Positions 24,517 through 33,751 are shown, numbered from the stretch's first letter. The stretch: DNA of 64,000 nucleotides from Candidatus Acidiferrales bacterium (GCA_046704165.1 JBJKSI010000125.1:5672-69671); one strand, 5' to 3'. Program-made: numbers and translations. Notes: generated by a model not told the origin, from the letters alone.

Positions 24517-26477
24517 AGATGCGCTTGGAAAAAGAGGCAGGCAGGAAACGCAGCCGGCGCTGGCCGGTGCTAATGGGATCGCTTGGGTTGCTGTTGCTAG
24601 TGGCGGCGTTCGGCGCGCAGCGCTCGCAGGGCCGCGCGACCGACTGGCAGAGGCAGGTGCCCGGCGGAGGGCCGAGCTACCTCGATCCGATCGCGTTGAA
24701 GCTCTCGCCGCACGGCAAGCGGCTCTACGTTGTGTGCGAGGGCAACGACGAGTTGCTGGTGGTGAATACGCGCACGAGGTACGTCATCGGGCGGGTGAAG
24801 GTGGGGCATCGGCCAGAGGGGATTGCGGTGTCGCCGGACGGGAAGACGCTCTACGTTTCGAACCAATGGAGTGACTCGGTTTCGGTGATCGACGCGGCTA
24901 CGCTGCAAGTGGTGCGGACGCTGAAAACCGGCTGGGGCCCGGTGGGCGTGACGACCGACGGTTCCGGAAAGTTCCTCTATACCGCGAATACGCTTGGGGA
25001 CGACGTCTCGGTGATCGACCTGGCAACGGGCAGGGAGCTCAAGCGGCTGGCCGCCGGCCATTTCCCGGAATACGTCGCTCGCTCGCGGAACGGCCGCTGG
25101 ATCTACGTGGCGAATCTGCTTGCGCACGTGGCGCCGCCGCACGTGACGCCGTCCGCGCAGCTGACGGTGATCGATGCGGAGCGGCAGGTGGTAGCCAACC
25201 GGATCATGATTCCCGGCGCGATCCAGTTGCGGCGCATTGCGCAGGTGCCGGCAAAGGAAGGCGGCTACCTGCTGATCCCGTTTCTGCAACCCCACAATCT
25301 GATCCCGCTGATTCAGTTGCAGCAAGGCTGGTACGTGTCGCACGGCATGGCGGTGATCCGGTTGCCCGCGTCGGGCCGGGGGAAAGCGCGGGTGATCGAG
25401 GTGCTGCTCGACAACATCGACCACGCCTACGCGGACGGATTTGGCGCCGCTTGCTCCCGCAACGGGAAACTGGCGCTGGTGACGGCATCGGGCGCGAACG
25501 TAGTTTCGGTGATCGACGTAGCGAAGCTCGCCCGTCTGCTCGACCGCGTGCCGCGCAACGATCCCGAGGCGCTGGCTGACCGGCTGGATTCGGCACGGCA
25601 GTTCGTGCTCCGGCGCGTACCCACCGGGCGCAACCCGACTGCGGTGGTGATCTCGCCCGACAGCAGCACCGCCTACGTTGCCGACCGGACCGACGATACG
25701 CTGACCGTTGTGAACTTGCGGCGGCTGGGAGCGACCGCGACGATCCGGCTGGGCGGGCCGAAAGTGATCACGCGGCGGCGGCGCGGCCAGCAACTGTTTT
25801 TCGACGCACGTTTCTGCTACCAGGGCCAGGTGGCCTGCGCCACCTGCCATCCGCACGAGGGGTTTGAAGACGCGCTGGTCTGGAGCCTGGAGACGCCGGA
25901 TCTGGGCCGCGACGTCACCGAAAACCGTACTCTGCTGCAGATCGCCGGCACCTCGCCCTTCAAATGGAACGGCCTGAACCCGAACCTGGCGACGCAGGAT
26001 GGTCCGCGCACCGCGATGTACATTTTCCGCTCGCAGGGATTCAGCCACACCCAGGTGCAGGACCTCGTCCGCTTCATCCGCTCACTGCGGCTGCCGCCCA
26101 ATCCGCACCTTGGCCCCGGCGGCCGGCTGAACGCCCAGCAGCGGCGTGGGCGCGCGATTTTCTTCCGCACGAAGACGAACACCGGAGAGATCATCCCGGA
26201 TCGAGACCGCTGCTACTACTGCCACGCGCCGCTGACCCATTACACCTCCCGGGTCAAGGAGAACGTAGGCACGGGGACGCGGTACGACACGGACAAGATA
26301 TTCGATGTGCCCCAGCTCCAGGGCATATACATGCGGCCGCCGTACCTGCACAACGGCGAGGCGCTGACGCTCGAAGAGATCTGGACCAAGTACAACCCGA
26401 AGGACAAGCACGGCTACACCTCCGACATGAACAAGGTGCAGTTGAACGACCTGATCGAGTTTCTGAAGACCTTATGA
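24513..26477 (+). CDS. YVTN beta-propeller fused to a di-haem cytochrome c peroxidase/MauG-like domain
   Basis: 654 aa. The start overlaps the previous stop (ATGA). YVTN repeats (GHRPEGIAVSPDGKTLYVSNQWSDSVSVIDAATLQVV; GRNPTAVVISPDSSTAYVADRTDDTLTVVNL). Two CxxCH motifs (CATCHPHEG and CYYCHAPL) lie in a CCP-like C-terminus. Confidence 0.8.
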   Translation: MKMRLEKEAGRKRSRRWPVLMGSLGLLLLVAAFGAQRSQGRATDWQRQVPGGGPSYLDPIALKLSPHGKRLYVVCEGNDELLVVNTRTRYVIGRVKVGHRPEGIAVSPDGKTLYVSNQWSDSVSVIDAATLQVVRTLKTGWGPVGVTTDGSGKFLYTANTLGDDVSVIDLATGRELKRLAAGHFPEYVARSRNGRWIYVANLLAHVAPPHVTPSAQLTVIDAERQVVANRIMIPGAIQLRRIAQVPAKEGGYLLIPFLQPHNLIPLIQLQQGWYVSHGMAVIRLPASGRGKARVIEVLLDNIDHAYADGFGAACSRNGKLALVTASGANVVSVIDVAKLARLLDRVPRNDPEALADRLDSARQFVLRRVPTGRNPTAVVISPDSSTAYVADRTDDTLTVVNLRRLGATATIRLGGPKVITRRRRGQQLFFDARFCYQGQVACATCHPHEGFEDALVWSLETPDLGRDVTENRTLLQIAGTSPFKWNGLNPNLATQDGPRTAMYIFRSQGFSHTQVQDLVRFIRSLRLPPNPHLGPGGRLNAQQRRGRAIFFRTKTNTGEIIPDRDRCYYCHAPLTHYTSRVKENVGTGTRYDTDKIFDVPQLQGIYMRPPYLHNGEALTLEEIWTKYNPKDKHGYTSDMNKVQLNDLIEFLKTL

Positions 26478-26529
26478 CGCGGACCGGGGCATTCCCGGAT
26501 CGGCGGGCGAGCGGCCCCTGGAGGGAAAG

Positions 26530-27690
26530 ATGAGAAAGTCGTTGCTGACGTGGCTGCTGGTAAGCGCACTGGTGCTGATCGCGGCGACGGGCCTGGCGGC
26601 CGCGGGCCCGAAGGCGCAGACGCCTGCGCTCTACGCGAAATGGGTCAACTACACGCCGGCGAACGGTTTCCCTGGGGGCGAGGTGTACTGCGTGACGGTG
26701 GACGGCAACCGCGTCTGGGCGGGGACCACGCACGGGCTGGTGCTGATCGAAAACGGCCGGGTGAAGAAAGTGTTCACGAAGGCCGATGGCCTGCCAGGCG
26801 AGGCGGTGATGTCGATCGCCGTGAACAAGCAGACCGGCGACGTCTGGGTGGGCACCTTCGGCGGGCTGAGCCGGTATTCGGCCGGGCAGTTCACCAGCTT
26901 CACGAACCTGACCAGCGGACTGGCGAACGACTTGGTCTACAGCGTGGCCGTGCAGGGTAGATACGTCTGGGCGGCGACGGCCGCGGGCGTCAGCCGGTAT
27001 GACACGTTTACCGGCGACTGGAAGATTTTCAGCGACCAGAACTCGCCGTTCAAGGAGCCGTGGGCCTACGCGGTCGCGCTTGGTCCGCGGAAGGTCTACA
27101 TGGGCTTGTGGGGCGGCGGCGTGCTCGTCTATGACATCGCTCACCGCTACTGGCGGCCCTACCTCGATCCGGACGGGTCGATGGAGATCGTGCTGTACCG
27201 CAACCAGGGCCTGATCCACAACATGGTGAGCAGCATCGCCTACGACCGGGCGACGAAGATGTTTTGGGCCGGCACCTATTTTGGCCTGAGCGGCTACGAC
27301 GGGCGCGACTGGCACAACTACCTGAAGAAGGACAGCGGTCTGATCTCGGATTTCGTCAACGGTGTGCAGGTGCGCGGCAACGACGTGTGGGTGAGCACGC
27401 AGAAAGGTCTCAGCGAGCTCGACTACAAGACGAACACCTGGGTGACCTATCGGCCCGCCGACTGGCGCTCCCTCGACACGGCCAAGGCCAGAAAGGCCAA
27501 GGGCGGCGAAATCCTGATCACCTATCCCGGCGGCACCAAGCGCCGGATCAGGACGGTCACCTCGCTACCCCACAACTACATCCTGAATGTCGCCTTGCAA
27601 GGCAGGAACATCTGGGTGGCCACGGCCGACGGACTGAGTCACGGCATTCAGCAGCCCGAAAAGAAACAGGAAAGAGGAGGGACACGATGA
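26530..27690 (+). CDS. Secreted 'two-component regulator propeller' (Reg_prop-like) beta-propeller protein
   Basis: 386 aa. Signal peptide MRKSLLTWLLVSALVLIAATGLAAA. Repeated approximately 45-aa units of the type VWAGTTHGLVLIENG / VWVGTFGGLSRYSAGQ / VWAATAAGVSRYD / FWAGTYFGLSGYDG / VWVSTQKGLSELD / IWVATADGLSHG. Confidence 0.65.
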   Translation: MRKSLLTWLLVSALVLIAATGLAAAGPKAQTPALYAKWVNYTPANGFPGGEVYCVTVDGNRVWAGTTHGLVLIENGRVKKVFTKADGLPGEAVMSIAVNKQTGDVWVGTFGGLSRYSAGQFTSFTNLTSGLANDLVYSVAVQGRYVWAATAAGVSRYDTFTGDWKIFSDQNSPFKEPWAYAVALGPRKVYMGLWGGGVLVYDIAHRYWRPYLDPDGSMEIVLYRNQGLIHNMVSSIAYDRATKMFWAGTYFGLSGYDGRDWHNYLKKDSGLISDFVNGVQVRGNDVWVSTQKGLSELDYKTNTWVTYRPADWRSLDTAKARKAKGGEILITYPGGTKRRIRTVTSLPHNYILNVALQGRNIWVATADGLSHGIQQPEKKQERGGTR

Positions 27691-28187
27691 GTCAGAGAAC
27701 AGGCGGCACCAGCGTCATTTCGGAGAAGGAGACGCACAAGCCGGTCTCGCGGAAAGCCATTTGCGCTCCGCAGGCCCTGAACGAGGCGTACGACTATGAC
27801 CGCCCGTCTTCCTTTTCGCGCGGCCTGCGCCTCGACATCAAGGGAGTGACGATCCTGCTGATTTCGGGGACGGCCAGCATCGACGAGCAGGGCCGCAGCG
27901 TGCACGAGGGCGATTTTCGCGCCCAGACGCTGCGCGCCTACCAGAACATCACGGCACTGCTCGAAGCCGAGGGCGCTTCGTGGAAGGACGTGGTGCGCAC
28001 CACCTGCTACCTCCGCGACATCGAGCGCGATTATGCCGTCTTCAACGAGATCCGCACCGGGTTTTTCCGGGAGCAGCGATTGAACCCGCTGCCGGCGTCC
28101 ACCGGCATCCAGGCAATTCTGTGCCGGCCGGAATTGCTGATTGAAATGGAAGCGATGGCAATCTTCGAATCGCCCGAGCGGGGCTAG
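27687..28187 (+). CDS. RidA/YjgF-superfamily protein lacking the canonical Arg (Arg-less Rid or chorismatase-core-like)
   Basis: 166 aa. The ATG overlaps the previous stop (ATGA). ILLISGTASIDEQGRSVHEGDFRAQTLRAYQNITALLEAEGASWKDVVRTTCYLRDIERDYAVFNEIRTGFF...PASTGIQAIL..ELLIEMEAMA follows the YjgF fold pattern. It has PAS where RidA has PAR. Confidence 0.75.
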   Translation: MSQRTGGTSVISEKETHKPVSRKAICAPQALNEAYDYDRPSSFSRGLRLDIKGVTILLISGTASIDEQGRSVHEGDFRAQTLRAYQNITALLEAEGASWKDVVRTTCYLRDIERDYAVFNEIRTGFFREQRLNPLPASTGIQAILCRPELLIEMEAMAIFESPERG

Positions 28188-28323
28188 GTGGCGCGCCCGG
28201 CGGCGCATCCTTAGGCTGCCAGGCACAAGGGAGGGATCTTTCCATGAGTGACGGCTCGAGTCGTCCGCTTCCCATCGCGGCCACGTCCGGGCGGCAACCG
28301 CGGGGGCGAAAGGGAGGTCGATC

Positions 28324-29229
28324 GTGAAGATCGCAGGTAAAGTTACGCTCGCCGATCTTCCCAGAATCTGTCCGCTGGTGTGCCGAAAGACCAATCCAGG
28401 CTACGGCAACGACCATCTGCGTGTGGTCGAGGTGAGCGGCGTGCGATTCGGCCTGGACCTGCCGGTGGTGATTGCCGGTCCCTGCGCTGTGGAAAGCTGG
28501 GACCAGACGCTAAAGGTGGCGCGGCTGGCCAAGGAGGCTGGTGCCGACATGCTGCGCGGCGGAGCATTCAAGCCGCGTACCTCACCGCACGATTTCCAGG
28601 GGCTGGGCGTCGAGGGCTTGAAGATCCTCCGTGCGGCCGGCGACGAGACCGGCCTGCCGGTAGTGACCGAGGTGATCGACGTACGGCTGGTCGAGACGGT
28701 AGCCCGCTATGCCGACATGCTGCAGATCGGCGCGCGTAGCATGCAGAATTATCCGCTGCTGGTGGAGGTTGGCCGCGCGGGCAAGCCCGTGCTGCTGAAG
28801 CGCGGCATGGCGGCGAGCCTGTGCGAATGGCTGGGCTCTGCCGAATATATAGCCAATGAGGGCAATCTGGAGATCGTCCTCTGCGAGCGGGGGATCAAGG
28901 CACACCCGGGCGGCGAATATTCTCGATTCTCCCTGGACCTGAACGTGATCCCGGCGGTGCACGAGCAGACGTTCCTGCCAGTGATTGTCGATCCCAGCCA
29001 CGCGACAGGCGTGGCGGCGATGGTCGAGCCGGCCAGCCGCGGCGCGCTCGAATTCGGTTGCGACGGACTGATCATCGAGATAGCCGACGACTGCGAGAGC
29101 CGGCAGCGGCCGCAGTGCGACGCCGACCAGGCGATCGGCGCGGCGACGCTACGCCGGATCGTCGACTTCGCCAAATATCGCGAAGAGCCCGCACAGCAAA
29201 AGATTTCGGAAACGACGACGGTCAACTAG
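28324..29229 (+). CDS. 3-deoxy-7-phosphoheptulonate (DAHP) synthase, type I-beta (KDO8PS-like family)
   Basis: 301 aa. [72 protein letters not shown] 28324 lies 6 nt after GGGAGG. No ACT/FL or chorismate-mutase regulatory extension is obvious. Confidence 0.9.
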   Translation: MKIAGKVTLADLPRICPLVCRKTNPGYGNDHLRVVEVSGVRFGLDLPVVIAGPCAVESWDQTLKVARLAKEAGADMLRGGAFKPRTSPHDFQGLGVEGLKILRAAGDETGLPVVTEVIDVRLVETVARYADMLQIGARSMQNYPLLVEVGRAGKPVLLKRGMAASLCEWLGSAEYIANEGNLEIVLCERGIKAHPGGEYSRFSLDLNVIPAVHEQTFLPVIVDPSHATGVAAMVEPASRGALEFGCDGLIIEIADDCESRQRPQCDADQAIGAATLRRIVDFAKYREEPAQQKISETTTVN

Positions 29230-29300
29230 ACCGGCACGGCCAGCCGGCGGTGCGCCCTGCATGGAACGGGGAAACCGGCAGAAGAAGGAGAAAGGATCCG

Positions 29301-30644
29301 ATGAAGAGGGGAATCCAAGCGGCGGCGTTGCTCTTCCTGCTGGCGGCGCCCGCGTGGCCGCAATCGGCGGCAGCACAGAAGAGCGCTCAAAAACCGGCCA
29401 CCGCCATGCCCTACGCAAACATGCCGAGGCAGGCCGTGCCCTTCGGCCGGTTCCGCAAGCCGTACAAGGAATGGTACGTCGAGCCGAGCACGCTCGAATA
29501 CGACGGGGCGGCGCGCAGCGCGCCCGATCCGTCCCTGAAAACGCTGAAGACGGTGAACATCGGTTTCCTGGGACCGATCGGGAAGTCGAACCCCGATTGG
29601 CCGTATGGCGTGGCGATGCTGCACGGCGCGGAGTTGGCGATCGCCGAGGCGAACGCGAAGGGCGGCTACCGGGGCAAGCCGTTTTCGTTGAAGGTGTACG
29701 ACGATTTGCCGCTCTGGGGCGCTTCGTCGATGGACATCGTGAAGATGTACTACCAGCAGCACGTCTGGGGAATGCTCGGCTCGATCAACGGCGCCTCGAC
29801 GCATATCGAGCTGCGGGCCGCGCTGAAGCTGCAGTTGCCGATCGTCGATACGGGCACCACGGATCCCACGGTCACCGAGACCCGCATCCAGTGGCTGCTG
29901 CACAATTTTCCCGACGACCGGCAACAGGGCTACGCGCTGGCCGACTACATTTTCAACCAGCTCAAATTGAAGCGGGTGGGCATGCTGCGGGTGAACGCGC
30001 GCTACGGCCGGAAGGGTTACGAGGAGTTTTTCCGTGACGCGCTGCGCATGGGCTACCAGCCGGTGGTGGTGGTGAAGTACGCGCCGGATACGACCGATTT
30101 CGCCGCGCCGCTCCAGACGCTGAAGCAGCTTCACCTGGACGGGCTGGTCCTCTGGAGCAATGCCCGCCAGGCCGGAATGATTTTGAAACAGATGCGCGCT
30201 ATGGGAATGAAAGAGCCGGTATTCGGCAGCAGCCGCGTGGCCTACCCGCAGTTGATCAAGATTGCCGGCCCGGCCGCCCAGGGACTGGTGGCGATATCGG
30301 CGATCGACCCCGACCGGCGCAATCCGAAATGGCTGGCGTTTTGCCGCAACTACCGGCAGCGGTTCCATGCTGAGCCCGGCGCTTATGCCGCCTACGCCTT
30401 TGATGGCATGAACATGCTGATCGCCGCGATCCGCCAGGCTGGGCTCAACCGGGGACTGGTCATGGATGCGCTGCGCGATTACGAGATGAAGAAGTACCAA
30501 GGCGTGAGCGGAACAGCGTTTTTCGACTATACGCTGAACAACATCGCCCCGGTCACCTTTGCCAAGGTGGTAAACGGACACTTCGTCTATTGGCCCGAGC
30601 ACCGGACTGACTGGAAGGGCAATCCATTGGAAGCGTGGCGATGA
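29301..30644 (+). CDS. Periplasmic solute-binding protein, LivK/Peripla_BP_6-like
   Basis: ATG 29301 follows GAAGGAGAAAGG. Signal peptide MKRGIQAAALLFLLAAPAWPQSAAAQ. Type-I PBP pattern (NIGFLGPIG..., AELAIAEANAKGGYRGKPFSLKVYDD, YALADYIF..LKLKRVGML). Confidence 0.8.
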   Translation: MKRGIQAAALLFLLAAPAWPQSAAAQKSAQKPATAMPYANMPRQAVPFGRFRKPYKEWYVEPSTLEYDGAARSAPDPSLKTLKTVNIGFLGPIGKSNPDWPYGVAMLHGAELAIAEANAKGGYRGKPFSLKVYDDLPLWGASSMDIVKMYYQQHVWGMLGSINGASTHIELRAALKLQLPIVDTGTTDPTVTETRIQWLLHNFPDDRQQGYALADYIFNQLKLKRVGMLRVNARYGRKGYEEFFRDALRMGYQPVVVVKYAPDTTDFAAPLQTLKQLHLDGLVLWSNARQAGMILKQMRAMGMKEPVFGSSRVAYPQLIKIAGPAAQGLVAISAIDPDRRNPKWLAFCRNYRQRFHAEPGAYAAYAFDGMNMLIAAIRQAGLNRGLVMDALRDYEMKKYQGVSGTAFFDYTLNNIAPVTFAKVVNGHFVYWPEHRTDWKGNPLEAWR

Positions 30645-30698
30645 GCCGACCCCCGTGCTTGCGGGTTCGCCAACCGCGCAGGAGCGCATGACTGCGAG

Positions 30699-31982
30699 AT
30701 GAAAAAGTCGTTGCAAAACCGGTCAGGATTCCTGCGTTGCGCAGTTGTCGCGCTGGCTCTGGCGGGGCTTGCCACCGCGGCTTGGGGCCAGAAGAAAGCG
30801 ACACCGGCTCCCTACGCCTCGATCGCGTCGAAAGGCGTGACCTACGCCGGGCCGGGCAGGCAGCCGGCTTTCGACCTGCAAGGACGCACGATTCATATAG
30901 GCCTGCTGGCACCGCTTCACGGTCCGCAAGAGGCAGACGGGCGGGCGATCCTCGTCGCGGCACAAATGGCGTTGCGCGACGCGAACCGGCGCCCGCTGCC
31001 CGGAGGACGCCGCCTGGCGCTCTCCATTGCCGACGAGAGCGTGCCGCCGTGGGGACCGCTGGGCGACGAGATCATCCACCTGATCTTTGCGAACAAGGTT
31101 GTCGGCATTGTCACCGGCGCCGACGGCGTGGCCGCCCACCTGAGCGAGCAGATCGGCAACAAGATTGGCGTTCCCGTACTGACGCTTTCGGGCGATCCCA
31201 GCACCACGGAGATCGATCTGCCGTGGATTTTTCGGCTGGGCCCAAGCGACGTTGTACAGGCGCGGGCCTTTGCCCGGGACATCTACCGCGTGCGGGGGCT
31301 GCGCCACGTGTTGCTCGTCACCGGCAACGGACACGACGGGCGCTACGGCGGGCGGGCGTTTCTGGCCGCGGCACAGCGGCTCGGGGCTCCGGCGCCGGAT
31401 TCGCTGCTCATCAATCCATTGCAGCCCGACGCTCGCTCGCTGCTCGCCCGCGTACGGCAGCAGCCGCCGCAGGCGATCGTTTTCTGGACGTTGCCGGAAA
31501 ACGCGCGAATGCTGATCGCGGCTTTGCGGCAGGCGGGCATTCGCGCGCGCGTCTATCTGTCGCAAGAAGCGGCACAGCAGGGTTCGGGATTGAGGCTGGC
31601 ACGGGCCGGCTCGACAGTGGCGGCGCAGTCAGCCGGCTTGGCGGTTTACACCACGGCATCCGCACAGGCGCCGACGCCTGCGAGCGAGAGCTTCGGGCAG
31701 CGCTACCGGCGGGAGACGGGCATCGAGCCGAGCGCCGTCGCGGCCGAAGCTTACGACGCGGTGCGGTTGGTCGCCAGCGCCGTGCGCGCAACTGGGCCGA
31801 ATCGCGCGCGTGTGCGCGACCAGGTCGCCGGCGCGGTCGGCGTCGAGGGCGTTTCTGGCGCGATTCTCTTCGACTCGCAGGGAAACAATCGTTCGGACGT
31901 TCAGCTGGTTCGCCTGCGGCGCTTCGTCGCCGCGCCGTCGCGGCTGCCAGGGACGCACAGCTCGCTCGCTTCACAAAATTGA
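30699..31982 (+). CDS. Second periplasmic solute-binding protein, LivK/Peripla_BP_6-like
   Basis: 427 aa. Signal peptide ...CAVVALALAGLATAAWGQ. IHIGLLAPLHGPQEADGRAILVAAQMALRDAN and the later alpha/beta repeats resemble the preceding gene and type-I binding proteins. Confidence 0.75.
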   Translation: MKKSLQNRSGFLRCAVVALALAGLATAAWGQKKATPAPYASIASKGVTYAGPGRQPAFDLQGRTIHIGLLAPLHGPQEADGRAILVAAQMALRDANRRPLPGGRRLALSIADESVPPWGPLGDEIIHLIFANKVVGIVTGADGVAAHLSEQIGNKIGVPVLTLSGDPSTTEIDLPWIFRLGPSDVVQARAFARDIYRVRGLRHVLLVTGNGHDGRYGGRAFLAAAQRLGAPAPDSLLINPLQPDARSLLARVRQQPPQAIVFWTLPENARMLIAALRQAGIRARVYLSQEAAQQGSGLRLARAGSTVAAQSAGLAVYTTASAQAPTPASESFGQRYRRETGIEPSAVAAEAYDAVRLVASAVRATGPNRARVRDQVAGAVGVEGVSGAILFDSQGNNRSDVQLVRLRRFVAAPSRLPGTHSSLASQN

Positions 31983-32004
31983 GGGCAGTTTCGAGGAGAC
32001 AACA

Positions 32005-33711
32005 ATGCCAGGCCTGAATTCCGGTTCCGACATCTACGACGTCATCATCGTCGGTTCGGGCGCCGGTGGCGGCATGGCCGCCTACAACCTGACGAAGGCC
32101 GGCGCCAAGTGCCTGATGCTCGAGGCCGGTGGCTGGTACGATGCCGCCAAAGACTCGAAGTGGCTGGAATGGGTCTACGACGCCCCGCACCGCGGCGACG
32201 TGAAGCCGCACCCCACACTCGACTATTTCATGGCCGTTGTCGGTGGTTGGCAGGTGAAGGGTGAGCCATACGTTCTGGCCCGCGGCAGCAAGTTTATGTG
32301 GTTTCGCTCGCGGATGCTCGGCGGCCGGACGAATGCCTGGGGCCGTATCTCGCTCCGCATGGGACCCTACGATTTCAAGCCGCACAGCCGCGACGGCAAG
32401 GGGTTCGACTGGCCCATCGCCTACGAAGACCTGGCGCCCTATTACGACAAGACCGAGGAACTGATTGGCGTCTTCGGGTCAAAGGAGGGTTTGGAAAACC
32501 TGCCCGATGGGAAGTTTCTGCCGCCGCCAGCGCCGCGCTGCTACGAGTTGCTCGTCCAGCAGGCGTGCCAAAAACTCAATATCCCCTGCATCCCGTCGCG
32601 GCTGGCAATCCTCACGCGGCCGCTCCACGGCCGGCCCTCGTGCCACTACGTGTCGCAATGCGGCCGCTGCTGCCGGATGGGCTCGAATTTTTCCTCGCCG
32701 GTCGTGCTGCTGACGCCGGCGCGGATGACCGGCAATCTGGAGATACGCACTGACGCGATGGTGCGGCAGGTGCTGACCGGGCCCGACGGCCGGGCCACCG
32801 GCGTCTCCTACATCGACAAGAAAACGCGGCAGGAGGTGCAGGTCCACGCCAAGGTGGTGGTGCTGGCGGCCAGTTCGTGCGAGACGTCGCGGCTGCTGCT
32901 GAATTCCCGCAGCAGCCGGTTCCCCGACGGGATCGGCAACTCCGGCGGCATGGTGGGTAAATATGTGATGGACACCGTCATGTCGGACGTGAGCGGCTTT
33001 GTCCCAAAAATGATGGATCTGCCGCCGCACAACGGTGATGGCGTCGGCGGCATGCACCTCTACATGCCGTGGTGGAACTACCAGAAGCAGGCGCGGAACG
33101 AAATGCCATTTTCGCGCGGCTATCACATCGAATTCAGTGGTGGCCGCCAGGGTATGCCTTCGCCGGGCATCGTGGGGGGAACGGGCTGGCTGCTGGATGC
33201 CGGGTACGGCAAGCAGTTGAAGCAAGATTGCCGGAAACTCTACGGCTCGTTCCTCTATCTGACTGGCCGCGGCGAAATGATTCCCAACGAAAAGAGCTAC
33301 TGCGAAATCGACAACAAAGTCGTGGACGAGTGGGGCATCCCGGTCCTGAAATTCCATTTCGAGTGGGGCCGGGACGAGATCCTGATGGCTCGCCATATGC
33401 AAAAAACCTTTCGGAAGATCATTGAGACCGCCGGGGGGCAGGTGACGGAATCGTTTGACGCCGACGACCAGTGGGGCATTTCCGAGGGCGGCCAGGGAAT
33501 TCATGAGGTGGGTGGGGTACGCATGGGCAGCGATCCGAAGAGTTCGGTGCTCAATCCCCACTGTCAGGCGTGGGACTGTAAAAACCTCTTCGTCGCCGAT
33601 GGCGGGCCCTTCGTCAGTCTGTCGAACAAGAACCCGACGCTGACGATCATGGCGCTTGCCTGGCGCACGTCGGAATACATCACCGATCAGATGCGGAAAG
33701 GAAATCTCTAG
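32005..33711 (+). CDS. GMC-family FAD-dependent oxidoreductase
   Basis: ATG 32005. Rossmann motif YDVIIVGSGAGGGMAAYNLTKAGAKCLMLEAG. C-terminal GMC segment HEVGGVRMGSDPKSSVLNPHCQAWDCKNLFVADGGPFVSLSNKNPTLTIMALAWR. Confidence 0.9.
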   Translation: MPGLNSGSDIYDVIIVGSGAGGGMAAYNLTKAGAKCLMLEAGGWYDAAKDSKWLEWVYDAPHRGDVKPHPTLDYFMAVVGGWQVKGEPYVLARGSKFMWFRSRMLGGRTNAWGRISLRMGPYDFKPHSRDGKGFDWPIAYEDLAPYYDKTEELIGVFGSKEGLENLPDGKFLPPPAPRCYELLVQQACQKLNIPCIPSRLAILTRPLHGRPSCHYVSQCGRCCRMGSNFSSPVVLLTPARMTGNLEIRTDAMVRQVLTGPDGRATGVSYIDKKTRQEVQVHAKVVVLAASSCETSRLLLNSRSSRFPDGIGNSGGMVGKYVMDTVMSDVSGFVPKMMDLPPHNGDGVGGMHLYMPWWNYQKQARNEMPFSRGYHIEFSGGRQGMPSPGIVGGTGWLLDAGYGKQLKQDCRKLYGSFLYLTGRGEMIPNEKSYCEIDNKVVDEWGIPVLKFHFEWGRDEILMARHMQKTFRKIIETAGGQVTESFDADDQWGISEGGQGIHEVGGVRMGSDPKSSVLNPHCQAWDCKNLFVADGGPFVSLSNKNPTLTIMALAWRTSEYITDQMRKGNL

Positions 33712-33751
33712 GGCCGGCGAAAGCTGTGCGGCGCCGAGCAACGGAGGGGGA

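Noticed and set aside
24597-26048. 483-aa minus-strand ORF inside the YVTN-CCP gene. Similar long shadow ORFs occur at 29226-30716, 30723-31565, 32479-33849, 40386-41591, 43031-44161 and 53285-54181.
   Set aside because: All overlap well-supported genes on the other strand, are Arg/Pro/Gly/His-rich and carry no recognisable motifs. I treat them as non-coding shadow frames.
28244-28327. uORF upstream of DAHP synthase as a classical aromatic-amino-acid attenuation leader peptide
   Set aside because: The 27-aa peptide contains no Phe, Tyr or Trp codons. I see no alternative terminator/antiterminator hairpins. It is kept only as a possible translational-coupling uORF.
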